DNA of 64,000 nt, taken from contig CAVSQW010000015.1 in assembly GCA_963730185.1 (NCBI GenBank), positions 352,001-416,000 on the forward strand, read 5' to 3'. The notes beneath the pieces are model-generated. The model saw nothing but the letters and a program-made list of their open reading frames with translations. It ran no database searches and had not been told where the DNA came from. The stretch is from an uncultured Gemmatimonadales bacterium. GTDB taxonomy: Bacteria; Gemmatimonadota; Gemmatimonadetes; Gemmatimonadales; GWC2-71-9. Positions 1 to 9,320 of this stretch are shown here, piece after piece (position 1 is the first letter of the stretch; the number at the start of each line of letters is the position of its first letter). A program made the position numbers and the translations under genes.

Positions 1-1929
1 CTCGAGCACGCGCGCCGCATCGCCGGTCGAGACCTTGCCTGACTCCAGCAGCGCCCGGAAGTACCTCCCGGCCGCCCAGTCGCTCCCGATCTCGCCGATC
101 TCCTGGAGCACGCCGTCGACCCCCCGCTGAGCGAGGATCCGAAGGGTGCGCCCCTTGGCGTCGTAGCCGCTCCGCCGGATGTACTCGAGCACGAGGGCCG
201 CCCGCCACCGCTCGAAGCCTGCATCCATCGGGGCGTCTCGCCGGGAGACGGTGTAGGTGCGCTCGAGCGAGCCGTTTCGGGCCCGGACGTCGTAGACCCG
301 ATCGACGTCGCCTTCGGAGTCGGTGATCGTGAAGCGGGACCCGTTCGGGAGCGATGCGATGTCGTCTTCGGCCACCGTGAAGGTCGGCTTGCCGGTCAGA
401 TGGATGACCACGCTACAGTCGTGACCGGTCCAGGCGACGAAAGAGTTGTCGCCGTCGCTGGCGCTCCCTTGACCCGTGATGCTCATCGACGAGGTGAGCT
501 TCACGCTGCGAGCCCGTCCGTCGTTCACCATCGGACAGATCCGGGGCGATTGCCCAATGGCGCGCACCGGCCCGGTCGGGGCCGCGGCGGCGAGCCCCGC
601 GACCGGGACCCGGCCGGGGGCCGCCGGGGTCCGGGGCGATGGCGCCACCGGCGCCGCCACCTCGAAGGTCGTCGCCGCCCGGGGGAACTCGGCGTCGGGG
701 GTGACCGGGGCCAACGCCGCCAGCGGCAGGGTGATGGCGGCGGTCGCGGCCAGCAGGCCGCCTAACGCCCGGGGCCGGGGCCCGGTTCGGGGCCGGCCCG
801 GATCCAGTACGGCCAGGAGCCGCTCCGAGAGGTGCGATCGGCGAGCCAGCGCCAGCCCGGCCGAGGCCAACCCGGGCGGGGCCTGGAAGGTCCGGGCGGT
901 GGCCAGCAACGTCTCGGCGTACCCGCTGGCCCGTGATCCCGAGGCCAGCACCACGTCGTCGCAGGCGTGCTCCCGCTCCCGGCGCGCCTCGTGGAGGGCC
1001 AGCCAGGCCAGCGGGTTGAACCAGTGAAGCGCGCAGGCCACCCGGCCGAGGAAGTGGGTCAGGCAGTCGCGCCGGCGGACGTGGGCCAGCTCGTGAGTCA
1101 GGACGTGGCGGCGCTGCTCCAACGACCAGCCTGGTCCCGCCGCCGGGAGGAGCACCACCGGCGCGAGCATGCCGAAGGTGAACGGCACGATCGGCCGGTC
1201 CACCTCCAGCACCCGGGTGGAGCGGGGGAGCTCGCCGGTCCGCGCCATCTCGTCGAGCAGCGCCCGCCAGGCGGTCGTCGCCCGGACCGGCCGCGCGCCG
1301 CTCGCGAGCCATCGCACCGCCAGCTCGCCGAGGAGCACCCAGCCGAGCGAGAGGCCGGCCCCGATCGCCCAGATCCAGGCGGCCAGCCGTCCGATCGACC
1401 GCCGGGTTGGGGTCGGCCCGACGACGGCCTCACCGGCCGGGCCTCGAGCCGTCGCGGCCACGACGGGTGCTGCCGACGCGGAACCCGAGCCGGTCCCACC
1501 GACGTTCCGGGGGGCCGCCGGGGGGGTGGCGGCGGAGCGAGCCCACCGGACCCCGACGACCGCGGGGGCCTCCGGAGGCGTCGGTGCGGCGGCCGGTCGC
1601 GGTGCGGCCGGGACAGGGGCAACCACGGGGGCCACGGCCGCCGTCGGTGGAATCGGAGCGACCGCTGCGGCCGGCGCCTCGGCGGCGCCGACTCCCCGGG
1701 CCCACCCGGCCGTGACCGGCGCCGGGGCCCGGACCGGAACCACCCGAAGCGGCGGCAGGGCGAGCGCCAGGAGGGGAATCAGGAGGAGGCTCGCGAAGGC
1801 GGCGGTCCATACCGTGTGCCGGAGCGCGGCGGACTGATGGCGGAGGCCCCGGCTCAGGAGCAGCGCGACGGCCAACACCAGGGCGCCCTTGAGGGCGATC
1901 CCGACGGCGAGGGTGACGAGCGGTGACAT
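1..1929 (-). CDS. M56 family (BlaR1/MecR1-like) membrane metallopeptidase, 3' end outside window
   Basis: Manually translated open frame from ATG 1929 (overlaps the BlaI TGA) to the window edge: N-terminal TM 'LRHTVWTAAFASLLLIP', Pro/Ala linker, HELAH (1095-1081) followed by 'VRRRD..LHWFNPLAW..ERE.ACDD'. Absent from the ORF track because it has no stop in the window. Confidence 0.9.
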   Translation of the reverse strand, partial: MSPLVTLAVGIALKGALVLAVALLLSRGLRHQSAALRHTVWTAAFASLLLIPLLALALPPLRVVPVRAPAPVTAGWARGVGAAEAPAAAVAPIPPTAAVAPVVAPVPAAPRPAAAPTPPEAPAVVGVRWARSAATPPAAPRNVGGTGSGSASAAPVVAATARGPAGEAVVGPTPTRRSIGRLAAWIWAIGAGLSLGWVLLGELAVRWLASGARPVRATTAWRALLDEMARTGELPRSTRVLEVDRPIVPFTFGMLAPVVLLPAAGPGWSLEQRRHVLTHELAHVRRRDCLTHFLGRVACALHWFNPLAWLALHEARREREHACDDVVLASGSRASGYAETLLATARTFQAPPGLASAGLALARRSHLSERLLAVLDPGRPRTGPRPRALGGLLAATAAITLPLAALAPVTPDAEFPRAATTFEVAAPVAPSPRTPAAPGRVPVAGLAAAAPTGPVRAIGQSPRICPMVNDGRARSVKLTSSMSITGQGSASDGDNSFVAWTGHDCSVVIHLTGKPTFTVAEDDIASLPNGSRFTITDSEGDVDRVYDVRARNGSLERTYTVSRRDAPMDAGFERWRAALVLEYIRRSGYDAKGRTLRILAQRGVDGVLQEIGEIGSDWAAGRYFRALLESGKVSTGDAARVLE

Positions 1930-2318
1930 CAGCGTCCCTCCTTCTTGGCGCGATCGATCAGTCGGGCCAGCCGGTTGAGCTCGGGTTCCGAAAGCGAAGC
2001 CGCGGAGGTGTCCAACAGCGCGGCCATGGCCTGGGCGGCCGACCCTTCGAAGAAGGTGTCCACCACCTGGGTCAGCGCGCTGTCGCGGACCTGCTCGCGG
2101 GGCAGGGTGGGCAGGTAGACGTAGCGGGGACCGTCCTGCTCGTGGCGGAGGTGGCCCTTGTCGACCAGGATGCGGAGCAGCGCCCGGACCGCGCTGTAGC
2201 TCGGCGCGTCGGTCAACTGCTCCATCACCTCCGCGGCCGTGGCTCGGCCGGTCCGGTAGACGATGTCCATGATCTGCCGCTCGCGGCGGCTGAGGTCGAG
2301 CGGTGGCTTCCGGGCCAT
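1929..2318 (-). CDS. BlaI/MecI/CopY family transcriptional repressor
   Basis: 'LSRRERQIMDIVY..SYSAVRALLRILVDKG..VVDTFFEGS'; translationally coupled to the M56 gene. Confidence 0.93.
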   Translation of the reverse strand: MARKPPLDLSRRERQIMDIVYRTGRATAAEVMEQLTDAPSYSAVRALLRILVDKGHLRHEQDGPRYVYLPTLPREQVRDSALTQVVDTFFEGSAAQAMAALLDTSAASLSEPELNRLARLIDRAKKEGR

Positions 2319-2334
2319 CGGTCCTCCCAGCAGA

Positions 2335-2386
2335 TGCTAAGAAACCAGCACTGCTAAGAAACTAGCACTTCCTGGCGGACCGTCAA
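2335..2386 (-). promoter_or_regulatory. Tandem TGCTA-N6-(T/C)AGCA operators overlapping a sigma70-like promoter of blaI-M56
   Basis: TGCTAAGAAACCAGCA (2335-2350) and TGCTAAGAAACTAGCA (2352-2367); minus-strand TTGACG (2386-2381) -16 bp- TAGTTT (2364-2359) preceded by TG. Confidence 0.7.
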
Positions 2387-2429
2387 GACCACGCCGGGCC
2401 GGCGGCGCGGGATGGGGCTTGGGATGGCC

Positions 2430-2816
2430 TCACGTCGCCGTCGGGACCCGCTTCCGGAGCCGGTCGAGATAGGCGATGGCGCCAGCCGTCATCGCGGGGG
2501 CCAGGATGAAGATCTCGAGGAACCGATACCAGGTCGGCTCCGGTCCAGCGCGGAGCACCAGCGACACGATCGCGACGAGGGCGGTGAGGGCCGCGACCGC
2601 CGAGGCATGGGCGACCGACCGCCATCCGGCGACGAAGGCGGTGAGCGTGCCGATCACCAGGCCGGCGAGGCCAAGCCAGACCACGGCGGCGAGCATCAAG
2701 AGCAGGCCCGAGCCCGCGTTGCCGCGGACCCAGGCCAGAGTCACGAAGATCAGGTCACCGACGGCGGCGAGCACGAAGCCGAAGACCAGTGCGACGGTGC
2801 TTCTGACGAGGCGCAT
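2430..2816 (-). CDS. Small hypothetical membrane protein (about 4 TM)
   Basis: ATG 2816 'MRLVRSTVALVFGFVLAAVGD...'; hydrophobic throughout; the upstream part of the ORF-track ORF is a DedA shadow. Confidence 0.7.
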   Translation of the reverse strand: MRLVRSTVALVFGFVLAAVGDLIFVTLAWVRGNAGSGLLLMLAAVVWLGLAGLVIGTLTAFVAGWRSVAHASAVAALTALVAIVSLVLRAGPEPTWYRFLEIFILAPAMTAGAIAYLDRLRKRVPTAT

Positions 2817-2997
2817 GGTCAACTCTTTCCCGGCCCGAGACCAGGACTCGGAAGGAACCGGGCACCATTTGACGACCCTCGCCCGGCCTCCGGAAGCTAG
2901 CGGGGATTTTCGTCCTTCGCTCTCGCCGCGAGCCCGCGCGGTCGGTCTTGGCTTGGCCAGCCTCGCGTTCGGGTGCCGGCAACCCGGTCGACGGGGC

Positions 2998-3013
2998 ATG
3001 ACGGGCGGATGAC
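2998..3013. promoter_or_regulatory. ATGAC-N6-ATGAC direct repeat (OmpR/PhoB-type box candidate)
   Basis: 11-bp period; the same motif occurs as GTCAT-N6-GTCAT at 3651-3666. Confidence 0.45.
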
Positions 3014-3068
3014 AAGCGCCGCTCGCACGGAGGTCCCTTAGATTGGCGGGGATGCCCTCCCGAGCCCG

Positions 3069-3641
3069 ATGCCGACCCTCGAGCAGCTGATCTCCCGCTT
3101 CGGCCTGCCGACGGTGTTCGTCGGCGCCGCCCTCGAGGGCGACGCGACCCCGGTCATGGCCGGCGTGGTGGCTCATCTCGGGCTGGTCCGCTTCGGCCTG
3201 GCGATCGTCGCCGGAACGCTGGGCACGTTGGCCGGCGATCTCGCCTGGTACGCGCTCGGACGGTGGCGAGGTGACTGGCTCCGGGGCACCCGCCTCTACC
3301 GCGCGTCGGTCGGTCGGGTCACCCGCCTGGTAGACCGGGTTGGGGCGGCCGAGCTCTTGATGGCGCGGCTCGTGTACGGGACCCGGAACGCTTCGATGGT
3401 CTACTGGGGCATGCGCGGCCTGCCCCTCTGGCGGTTCCTGGTGATCGATGCCGTGGGCGCGGCGCTCTGGGTCTCCCTCCTTTCGCTGCTGGGGTACCTG
3501 GCCAGCGACCGGGCCGAGGCGCTCCTGGGCCAGGTGAAGGCGACCGAGCGCTGGCTCCTCGGCGGAGTGGTGGTCGCCCTCGTGGTCGTCGCCATTCATT
3601 GGGGTGTGAGTCGCTGGCGGACGCAGGCGACGGAACCCTGA
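3069..3641 (+). CDS. DedA family membrane protein
   Basis: 'GAALEGD..GTLAGDLAWYALGR..ARLVYGTR..RFLVIDAVGAALW'. Confidence 0.9.
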   Translation: MPTLEQLISRFGLPTVFVGAALEGDATPVMAGVVAHLGLVRFGLAIVAGTLGTLAGDLAWYALGRWRGDWLRGTRLYRASVGRVTRLVDRVGAAELLMARLVYGTRNASMVYWGMRGLPLWRFLVIDAVGAALWVSLLSLLGYLASDRAEALLGQVKATERWLLGGVVVALVVVAIHWGVSRWRTQATEP

Positions 3642-3650
3642 GCCCGGGCG

Positions 3651-3666
3651 GTCATGGCGACGTCAT
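3651..3666 (+). promoter_or_regulatory. GTCAT-N6-GTCAT direct repeat upstream of the response regulator
   Basis: 11-bp period, 50 bp upstream of the RR start; Pho-box-like. Confidence 0.45.
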
Positions 3667-3715
3667 CTGGGGCCGGTAGCTTGTCTCCGAGACTCTCGCG
3701 TTTCTGGAACGCCCG

Positions 3716-4394
<679 letters not shown>

Positions 4395-4405
<11 letters not shown>

Positions 4406-5763
4406 TCGTCTCCGGCTCCGGTTCGCGGCCTGGTTCGCCCTCGCGTTCGCGCTGGGTATCGGCGCGCTCGAGGTCGGCATCTATCTGGCTCTCCGGCGCG
4501 ACGCCAGCCGACGGCTCTCCCGCGACCTCGTGACCGAGGCCGAGACGCTCTCCCGGTTCCTCGCCGGCGAGCTGGAAGAGTCTCCACGGGAAGACCTCGC
4601 CACCGTCATGGGCGACGGACTCGCGGAGTTTCTTCCCGCCGCGGACGTAGCGGCGGTTTACGACTCGGCCGGGGTCCGGATCGCCGAACACGGCGACCCC
4701 CGGGGTCGGCGACTCCTGCCGGTGACGCTTCGGGCCGGCGAGCAGGCCGCGGTCCGCGACTGGCCGAGCGGGGAGGAGCACCCGGTCCGGGTGGTGACCA
4801 TCCGGTATGCCGGTCCGCTGCCCGGGTCGGTGGCCGTGCTCGCGCCGACGGAGCCGATGTACGAAGCACTGGAGAACCTCCTCCGGTGGTTGCTCCTGAC
4901 CGCCCCGCTGGTCGCCGGGCTCTCGGCCGGCGGCGGCTATCTCCTCTCCCGGCGCGCCGTTCGCCCGATGCGCGACCTGGCCCGGTCCATCGGGGAGCTG
5001 CCGGCGGCCGATCGCGCCGCGCGGCTCCCCACCACCGGGACCGGCGACGAGGTGGACCACCTGGCCGTCCAGTTCAACGCTCTCCTAGACCGGCTCCGCG
5101 AGGCCGAGTCGCGGAACCAGCAGTTCGTTCGGGAGGCGGCCCATCAGATCCGGACCCCGCTCACCATCGTCCTGGGCGAGACCGACCTCTCGCTGGCGCC
5201 GGACGCCGATCCGGCCGACGCCGGTGCCACACTCCGCCGGGTGCAGGTCGCGGCCACCCAGATGAAACGCCGGGTCGACGAGCTCTTTCTCCTGGCGGAG
5301 AGCGAGTCCGACACCCGGGTCGTCCTCCGGGACGACGTGGATCTCGAGGGGCTGGCCTTCGAGGTGACCGACCTGATGCGGGGCCGGGCCGCGAAGACCG
5401 GGCACCGGCTCGAGCTGGAGCGGGTGGATGCGGTCACGGTGGTAGGAAGCGAGCCGCTGCTCCGGGAAGCCTTGGTGGAGCTCCTGGAGAACGCGTGCCG
5501 GCACTCGACGCCGGGATCGGGGGTCGCCGTCTCGGCCTACGTGGACGGCGAGTGCCGGATCGAGGTTCGGAGCGCCGGCGGGGCATTCGGGCTCGAGCGG
5601 GGGAGCCAAGCCGGCCCAGGGCGTGGGGCTTCGGATTCTAGGCTGGATTGCCCGGCGGCACGGGGGCCGGGTGACGGTGACGCGATCCGGCGACGCCAAT
5701 CTGGTGGCGGTCGCGTGGCCGGGCCTCGGTTCACCGGGCCAGGAGGAGCGGGTTACGGAATAG
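4395..5763 (+). CDS. Sensor histidine kinase (HAMP-HisKA-HATPase); single-base frameshift near 5600
   Basis: H-box 'EAAHQIRTPL', N-like box 'LLENACRH'; the G2 box 'QGVGLRILGWIARRHGGRV' and stop TAG 5761-5763 lie in the +1 frame after the G run at 5599-5603. Confidence 0.85.
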
Positions 5764-5766
5764 GAA

Positions 5767-5839
5767 TGGAGCGGACCGGGATCGAACCGGTGACCCCCTG
5801 CTTGCAAAGCAGGTGCTCTCCCAACTGAGCTACCGCCCC
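5767..5839 (-). tRNA. tRNA-Ala (anticodon UGC), CCA not encoded
   Basis: GGGGCGGTAGCTCAGTTGGGAGAGCACCTGCTTTGCAAGCAGGGGGTCACCGGTTCGATCCCGGTCCGCTCCA; cloverleaf, G3:U70 pair, T-loop GTTCGAT. Confidence 0.97.
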
Positions 5840-5851
5840 TCGTCTGGCATC

Positions 5852-5881
5852 AACTTACGCCGTCCCGCCGGCCCGGATCAA
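5852..5881 (-). promoter_or_regulatory. Putative sigma70 promoter of tRNA-Ala
   Basis: TTGATC-18 bp-TAAGTT, 12 bp upstream of the tRNA 5' end. Confidence 0.5.
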
Positions 5882-6030
5882 CTGCGGCGGTCCGAGGCTG
5901 AAGCGATCTTGAACCTCGTGGGTATTGCCCCGGCCGGAGTTGGGAGCGACCTTTTCGGGAGCGAGACTCTTCCCGCGCGTCCGCGCGGACTCCAGATCGA
6001 CCACCAGGGAGAAGTCCTATGAGAGGTCCG

Positions 6031-6582
6031 ATGCGTCTGACCGCGATGCTCCTCGTTCTCGTCGGACTTGCCGGGTGCGCCAAGAGCTCGGCCGAAAGCG
6101 CCGTGGCTACCGCCGACAAGGCGATGGCGGCGATTCCCGAAGAAGCCAAGCTGGTCTCGCCGGCCCAGTTCAAGACCCTCACCGACACCCTGGCCGACGT
6201 GAAGGCGCGCCTCGAGAAGGGCGACTATCAGTCGGCTCTGATGGGAGCCCGCTCGATCACGGTGATGGCCCGTGACCTCCAGGCGCAGCTGCCGACCCAG
6301 AAGGCGCAGCTGACCAGCGCCTTCGAGACCGCCAAGAAGGAGGTGCCGGCTCTGGTCGACTCGGTCAAGACCAAGATCGCCGAGCTGGCGAAGATGCGGC
6401 GGCTCCCGCCAAGTATCGACCAGGCGAAGTTCGCTGCGCTCCAGGCCGATGCCGCCACCTGGAGCGACCGCTGGGCCCAGGCCGAGGCCGCCTTCCAGAA
6501 GGGGGAGCTGGCCGCCGCGATGTCCTCCGCCAATCAGATCCTGGGCAAGGCCCGGGACGCCCGGATGTTCCTCCAGATGTAG
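6031..6582 (+). CDS. Helical lipoprotein of unknown function
   Basis: Lipobox LAGC after a hydrophobic stretch; GAGAGG before ATG 6031; Ala/Lys-rich helical sequence. Confidence 0.8.
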   Translation: MRLTAMLLVLVGLAGCAKSSAESAVATADKAMAAIPEEAKLVSPAQFKTLTDTLADVKARLEKGDYQSALMGARSITVMARDLQAQLPTQKAQLTSAFETAKKEVPALVDSVKTKIAELAKMRRLPPSIDQAKFAALQADAATWSDRWAQAEAAFQKGELAAAMSSANQILGKARDARMFLQM

Positions 6583-6783
6583 CGCCGGGCGGCCGGTCCG
6601 GGCCCGCTCTACGGCGGGCTCGGATCGACGCGCCCTTCCCGATCGACTGCCCTCCGATTCCGCGCCGCGCCGCGGCCGAGTGCAACGAGCTGCAGCGCCC
6701 CCGCAGGCCCGTGCGTAGCGGAATGCAAACCAATCTGCGGGTTGGTGGTTGCCAACGCGTTGAATCCAAACGCTTTACCTCCA

Positions 6784-6798
6784 AGGCACATCGCTTGC
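6784..6798 (+). promoter_or_regulatory. sigma54 -24/-12 promoter
   Basis: AGGCAC-ATCGC-TTGC (GG-N10-GC) just upstream of the pilin gene. Confidence 0.65.
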
Positions 6799-6813
6799 CA
6801 CTCGGTCCGGCCC

Positions 6814-7311
6814 ATGGAACGGACTGGTTACCCCGAGCGGGAACGCTTGCTTCGGAATCGTTCGCCCCGCCAGGCGGGGTCGATGGGGTTCACCCTGATC
6901 GAGCTCCTGACGGTGCTCGTGGTGCTGGGCGGGCTCGCCAGCCTGGCGGTGGCCCGGACCAAGTACACCATCGATCAGGCCAAGACGGCTCGTGCCACGG
7001 GCGACATCCGAGCCGTGTCCAATGACATCCTGAGCTACGCGGCTGCCGGCGGCGCGCTCCCGGCGAGCCTCAACGACGTCGACCGGGGCGCCCTGATGGA
7101 CCCGTGGGGCCGCCCCTACGTGTACGTGAATCTGTCCTCCGGCGGGACGCCCCGGACGGACGTGTTCGGCGTTCCCCTGAACGCTGACTTCGACGTGTAC
7201 AGCCTCGGACCCGACGGGGCCACGGCGACCTCGGTCACCGCCGGGGTCAGTCAGGACGACGTCGTCCGGGGCAACGACGGCGGCTTCATCGGCCGCGCGA
7301 GCCGGTACTGA
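6814..7311 (+). CDS. Prepilin-type (GspG/type IV pilin-like) protein
   Basis: G|FTLIELLTVLVVLG methylation motif; 'DPWGRPYVY' and 'DVYSLGPDG..DDVVR'. Confidence 0.88.
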   Translation: MERTGYPERERLLRNRSPRQAGSMGFTLIELLTVLVVLGGLASLAVARTKYTIDQAKTARATGDIRAVSNDILSYAAAGGALPASLNDVDRGALMDPWGRPYVYVNLSSGGTPRTDVFGVPLNADFDVYSLGPDGATATSVTAGVSQDDVVRGNDGGFIGRASRY

Positions 7312-7313
7312 TC

Positions 7314-7943
7314 ATGACCAGCGTCAAACCCGACCAACCCGAAACCGGCTCGCCCGCGACGCCGTCCACCCCGGCGCCGGGCTACATCACCGGAATCGCC
7401 GACGGGAACCTGGCCCAGGACGTCAAGCTCCGCGACTTCCTGTTCGGGATCGGGGTGGTGTTCCGGCTGCCCAAGCTCACCAAGAAGGACCGGGAGCGGG
7501 AAGCGGCGGCCATCGAAGCCAAGAAGTTCAAGATCCGGATCCCGGTCCGGGCCATCGCCACCGTGCTGGCGCCGGTGGTGATCGGCCTGGCCGGCTACTA
7601 CGCCTACCAGCAGTGGAGCGGCGATCCGATGCCGCCCGCCGTGGTCGGTACCTGGTCGTCGGACGATGGTCGCTATGCCGGCCGGAGCTTCTGGCTCAAC
7701 GCCCAGTCGGTCGCGTTCCAGAACGGCAAGCTGGCGTCGGAGTTCTCGGTCCACCCAATCAAGAAGCTCAGGGTCAGTCAGGTGGCGGACACCACCTACC
7801 TGGCCATCAACTACGAGCAGGACGGAAGCCCGATCACGTTCTCGATCAAGTACCACGAGCATCCCGTGCCCGAGATCCGAATGGTGAACCAACCGAACGT
7901 CGGCTGGGAGCGGACCGGGAACGCACCGGCTGTCATGCAATGA
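7314..7943 (+). CDS. Hypothetical single-TM membrane protein
   Basis: Follows the pilin by 2 bp; one TM 'AIATVLAPVVIGLAGYYAY'; typical codon bias. Confidence 0.75.
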   Translation: MTSVKPDQPETGSPATPSTPAPGYITGIADGNLAQDVKLRDFLFGIGVVFRLPKLTKKDREREAAAIEAKKFKIRIPVRAIATVLAPVVIGLAGYYAYQQWSGDPMPPAVVGTWSSDDGRYAGRSFWLNAQSVAFQNGKLASEFSVHPIKKLRVSQVADTTYLAINYEQDGSPITFSIKYHEHPVPEIRMVNQPNVGWERTGNAPAVMQ

Positions 7944-7948
7944 CGGTG

Positions 7949-8140
7949 GTGAGTGGGGAGTGGTGAGTTGTGACTTGGGAGGGAGTAGGGAATAGGGAAT
8001 AAGGGTAGGGAATGGTGGTTCCATCTCGCGACTCGCTCCCTGTCCCAACTCACCGCGCCCTAATCCCACCTGACCACCCGTAATCCCAACTCACCACTCC
8101 CTCCCTGCTCACCACTCACAAATCACGAGTCACTACCTCC
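7949..8140. repeat. Degenerate heptamer array G(G/T)GA(G/A/C)TN with an inverted C-rich arm
   Basis: GTGAGTG GGGAGTG GTGAGTT GTGACTT GGGA GGGAGTA GGGAATA GGGAATA..., then complementary units (AACTCAC, CACTCCC, TAATCCC) to 8140. Confidence 0.75.
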
Positions 8141-8179
8141 TCTCTGGCCGCGGGACGCAGATTTGTATACACTTTCCCG

Positions 8180-9286
8180 ATGCGCGCCCTCCAGAACCCG
8201 TACCGGATGCCGCCGGCCGACCCCCCGGGCGCCGGTCCCGCCGCCCGCGACTTCCACCGGTCGCTGCCCGGCTACGCCGCCACGCCGCTGATCCGCCGCC
8301 CCGACCTGGCGCGGGCCCTCGGCCTAGGCGATCTCTACGTGAAGTACGAGGGGGCCCGGTTCGGGTTGGGCGCCTTCAAGGGGCTGGGCGCCTCGTGGGC
8401 GCTCCACCGGTTGCAGGCGCTCCGCCCCGGCGGGCTCGGCACCGTGTCGACCGCGAGCGAAGGCAACCACGGCCGCGCGGTTGCCTGGTCGGCGCGGCTG
8501 GCCGGGATCCCGTGCGTGATCTTCCTGCCGAGGCACGCCGCGCCGGAGCGGATCGAGAACGTCCGCCGGGAGGGCGCTCGGGTGGTGCTGGTCGACGGCA
8601 CCTACGAGGACGTGGTGCGGCGGTGCGCCGAGGAGAGTGAGCGGGAGGGCTGGCAGATCATCTCGGACGTGGGGTACGAGGGATACCTGGAGATCCCGCC
8701 CCTGGTGGTGGAGGGTTATGCCACGCTTTACGACGAGGTGGACGAGGCCCTTGCGGCCGGCTCGTTGGCCCGGCCCGACCTGGTGCTGATTCCGGGTGGC
8801 GTGGGAGGCATTCTCCACGCCGGCGTCGACCACTACCGGCGTCAGCGGCCGGTGCCGGTTCTGGTGGCGGTGGAGCCGGCGGAAGGTGACTGCCTGACCG
8901 AGTCGATCGGGTCGCCTGGGGGCGAGCCCGCTGTCTCACGCGGCAACCGGCAGACCGGGATGGCCTGCCTCAACTGCGCCGAGGTGTCGCTGCCGTCATG
9001 GCCAGCGATCCGGGCGGGGGTCGATCTCTTTCTCGCGATCGACGACGGCTGGGCCGAGGAAGGCGTCAGGCGGCTCCACCGGGCGGGACCGGGCGGGACC
9101 GCCATCGAGGCCGGGACGTCGGGAGCCGCGGCCACCGGCGGGCTCATCGCCCTGATGGAGGCGCCCGAGTTGGCGGGGGCGCGGGCCCGACTGGGCCTCG
9201 GACCGTCGACCGTCGCCCTCACCATCTGTACCGAAGGCCCGATCGACCGGGCCGCATTCGAATCCATCATCGGGGCCGGCGTCTGA
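8180..9286 (+). CDS. dpaL: Diaminopropionate ammonia-lyase family PLP enzyme
   Basis: 'RFGLGAFKGLGA' (PLP Lys), 'ASEGNHGRAVAW', 'ISDVGYEGYLEIP', 'GGVGG', 'MACLNC'. Confidence 0.8.
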   Translation: MRALQNPYRMPPADPPGAGPAARDFHRSLPGYAATPLIRRPDLARALGLGDLYVKYEGARFGLGAFKGLGASWALHRLQALRPGGLGTVSTASEGNHGRAVAWSARLAGIPCVIFLPRHAAPERIENVRREGARVVLVDGTYEDVVRRCAEESEREGWQIISDVGYEGYLEIPPLVVEGYATLYDEVDEALAAGSLARPDLVLIPGGVGGILHAGVDHYRRQRPVPVLVAVEPAEGDCLTESIGSPGGEPAVSRGNRQTGMACLNCAEVSLPSWPAIRAGVDLFLAIDDGWAEEGVRRLHRAGPGGTAIEAGTSGAAATGGLIALMEAPELAGARARLGLGPSTVALTICTEGPIDRAAFESIIGAGV

Positions 9287-9320
9287 CTCCACGGTCGGTC
9301 CCCTTTTCATCGAGGTCATC

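Noticed and set aside
1..2318. Canonical blaI-blaR1-blaZ resistance cassette
   Set aside because: No adjacent beta-lactamase and no penicillin-binding sensor domain visible in the window
5767..5839. tRNA as an island integration site
   Set aside because: No integrase seen and no duplicate of the tRNA 3' end noticed in the window (by eye only)
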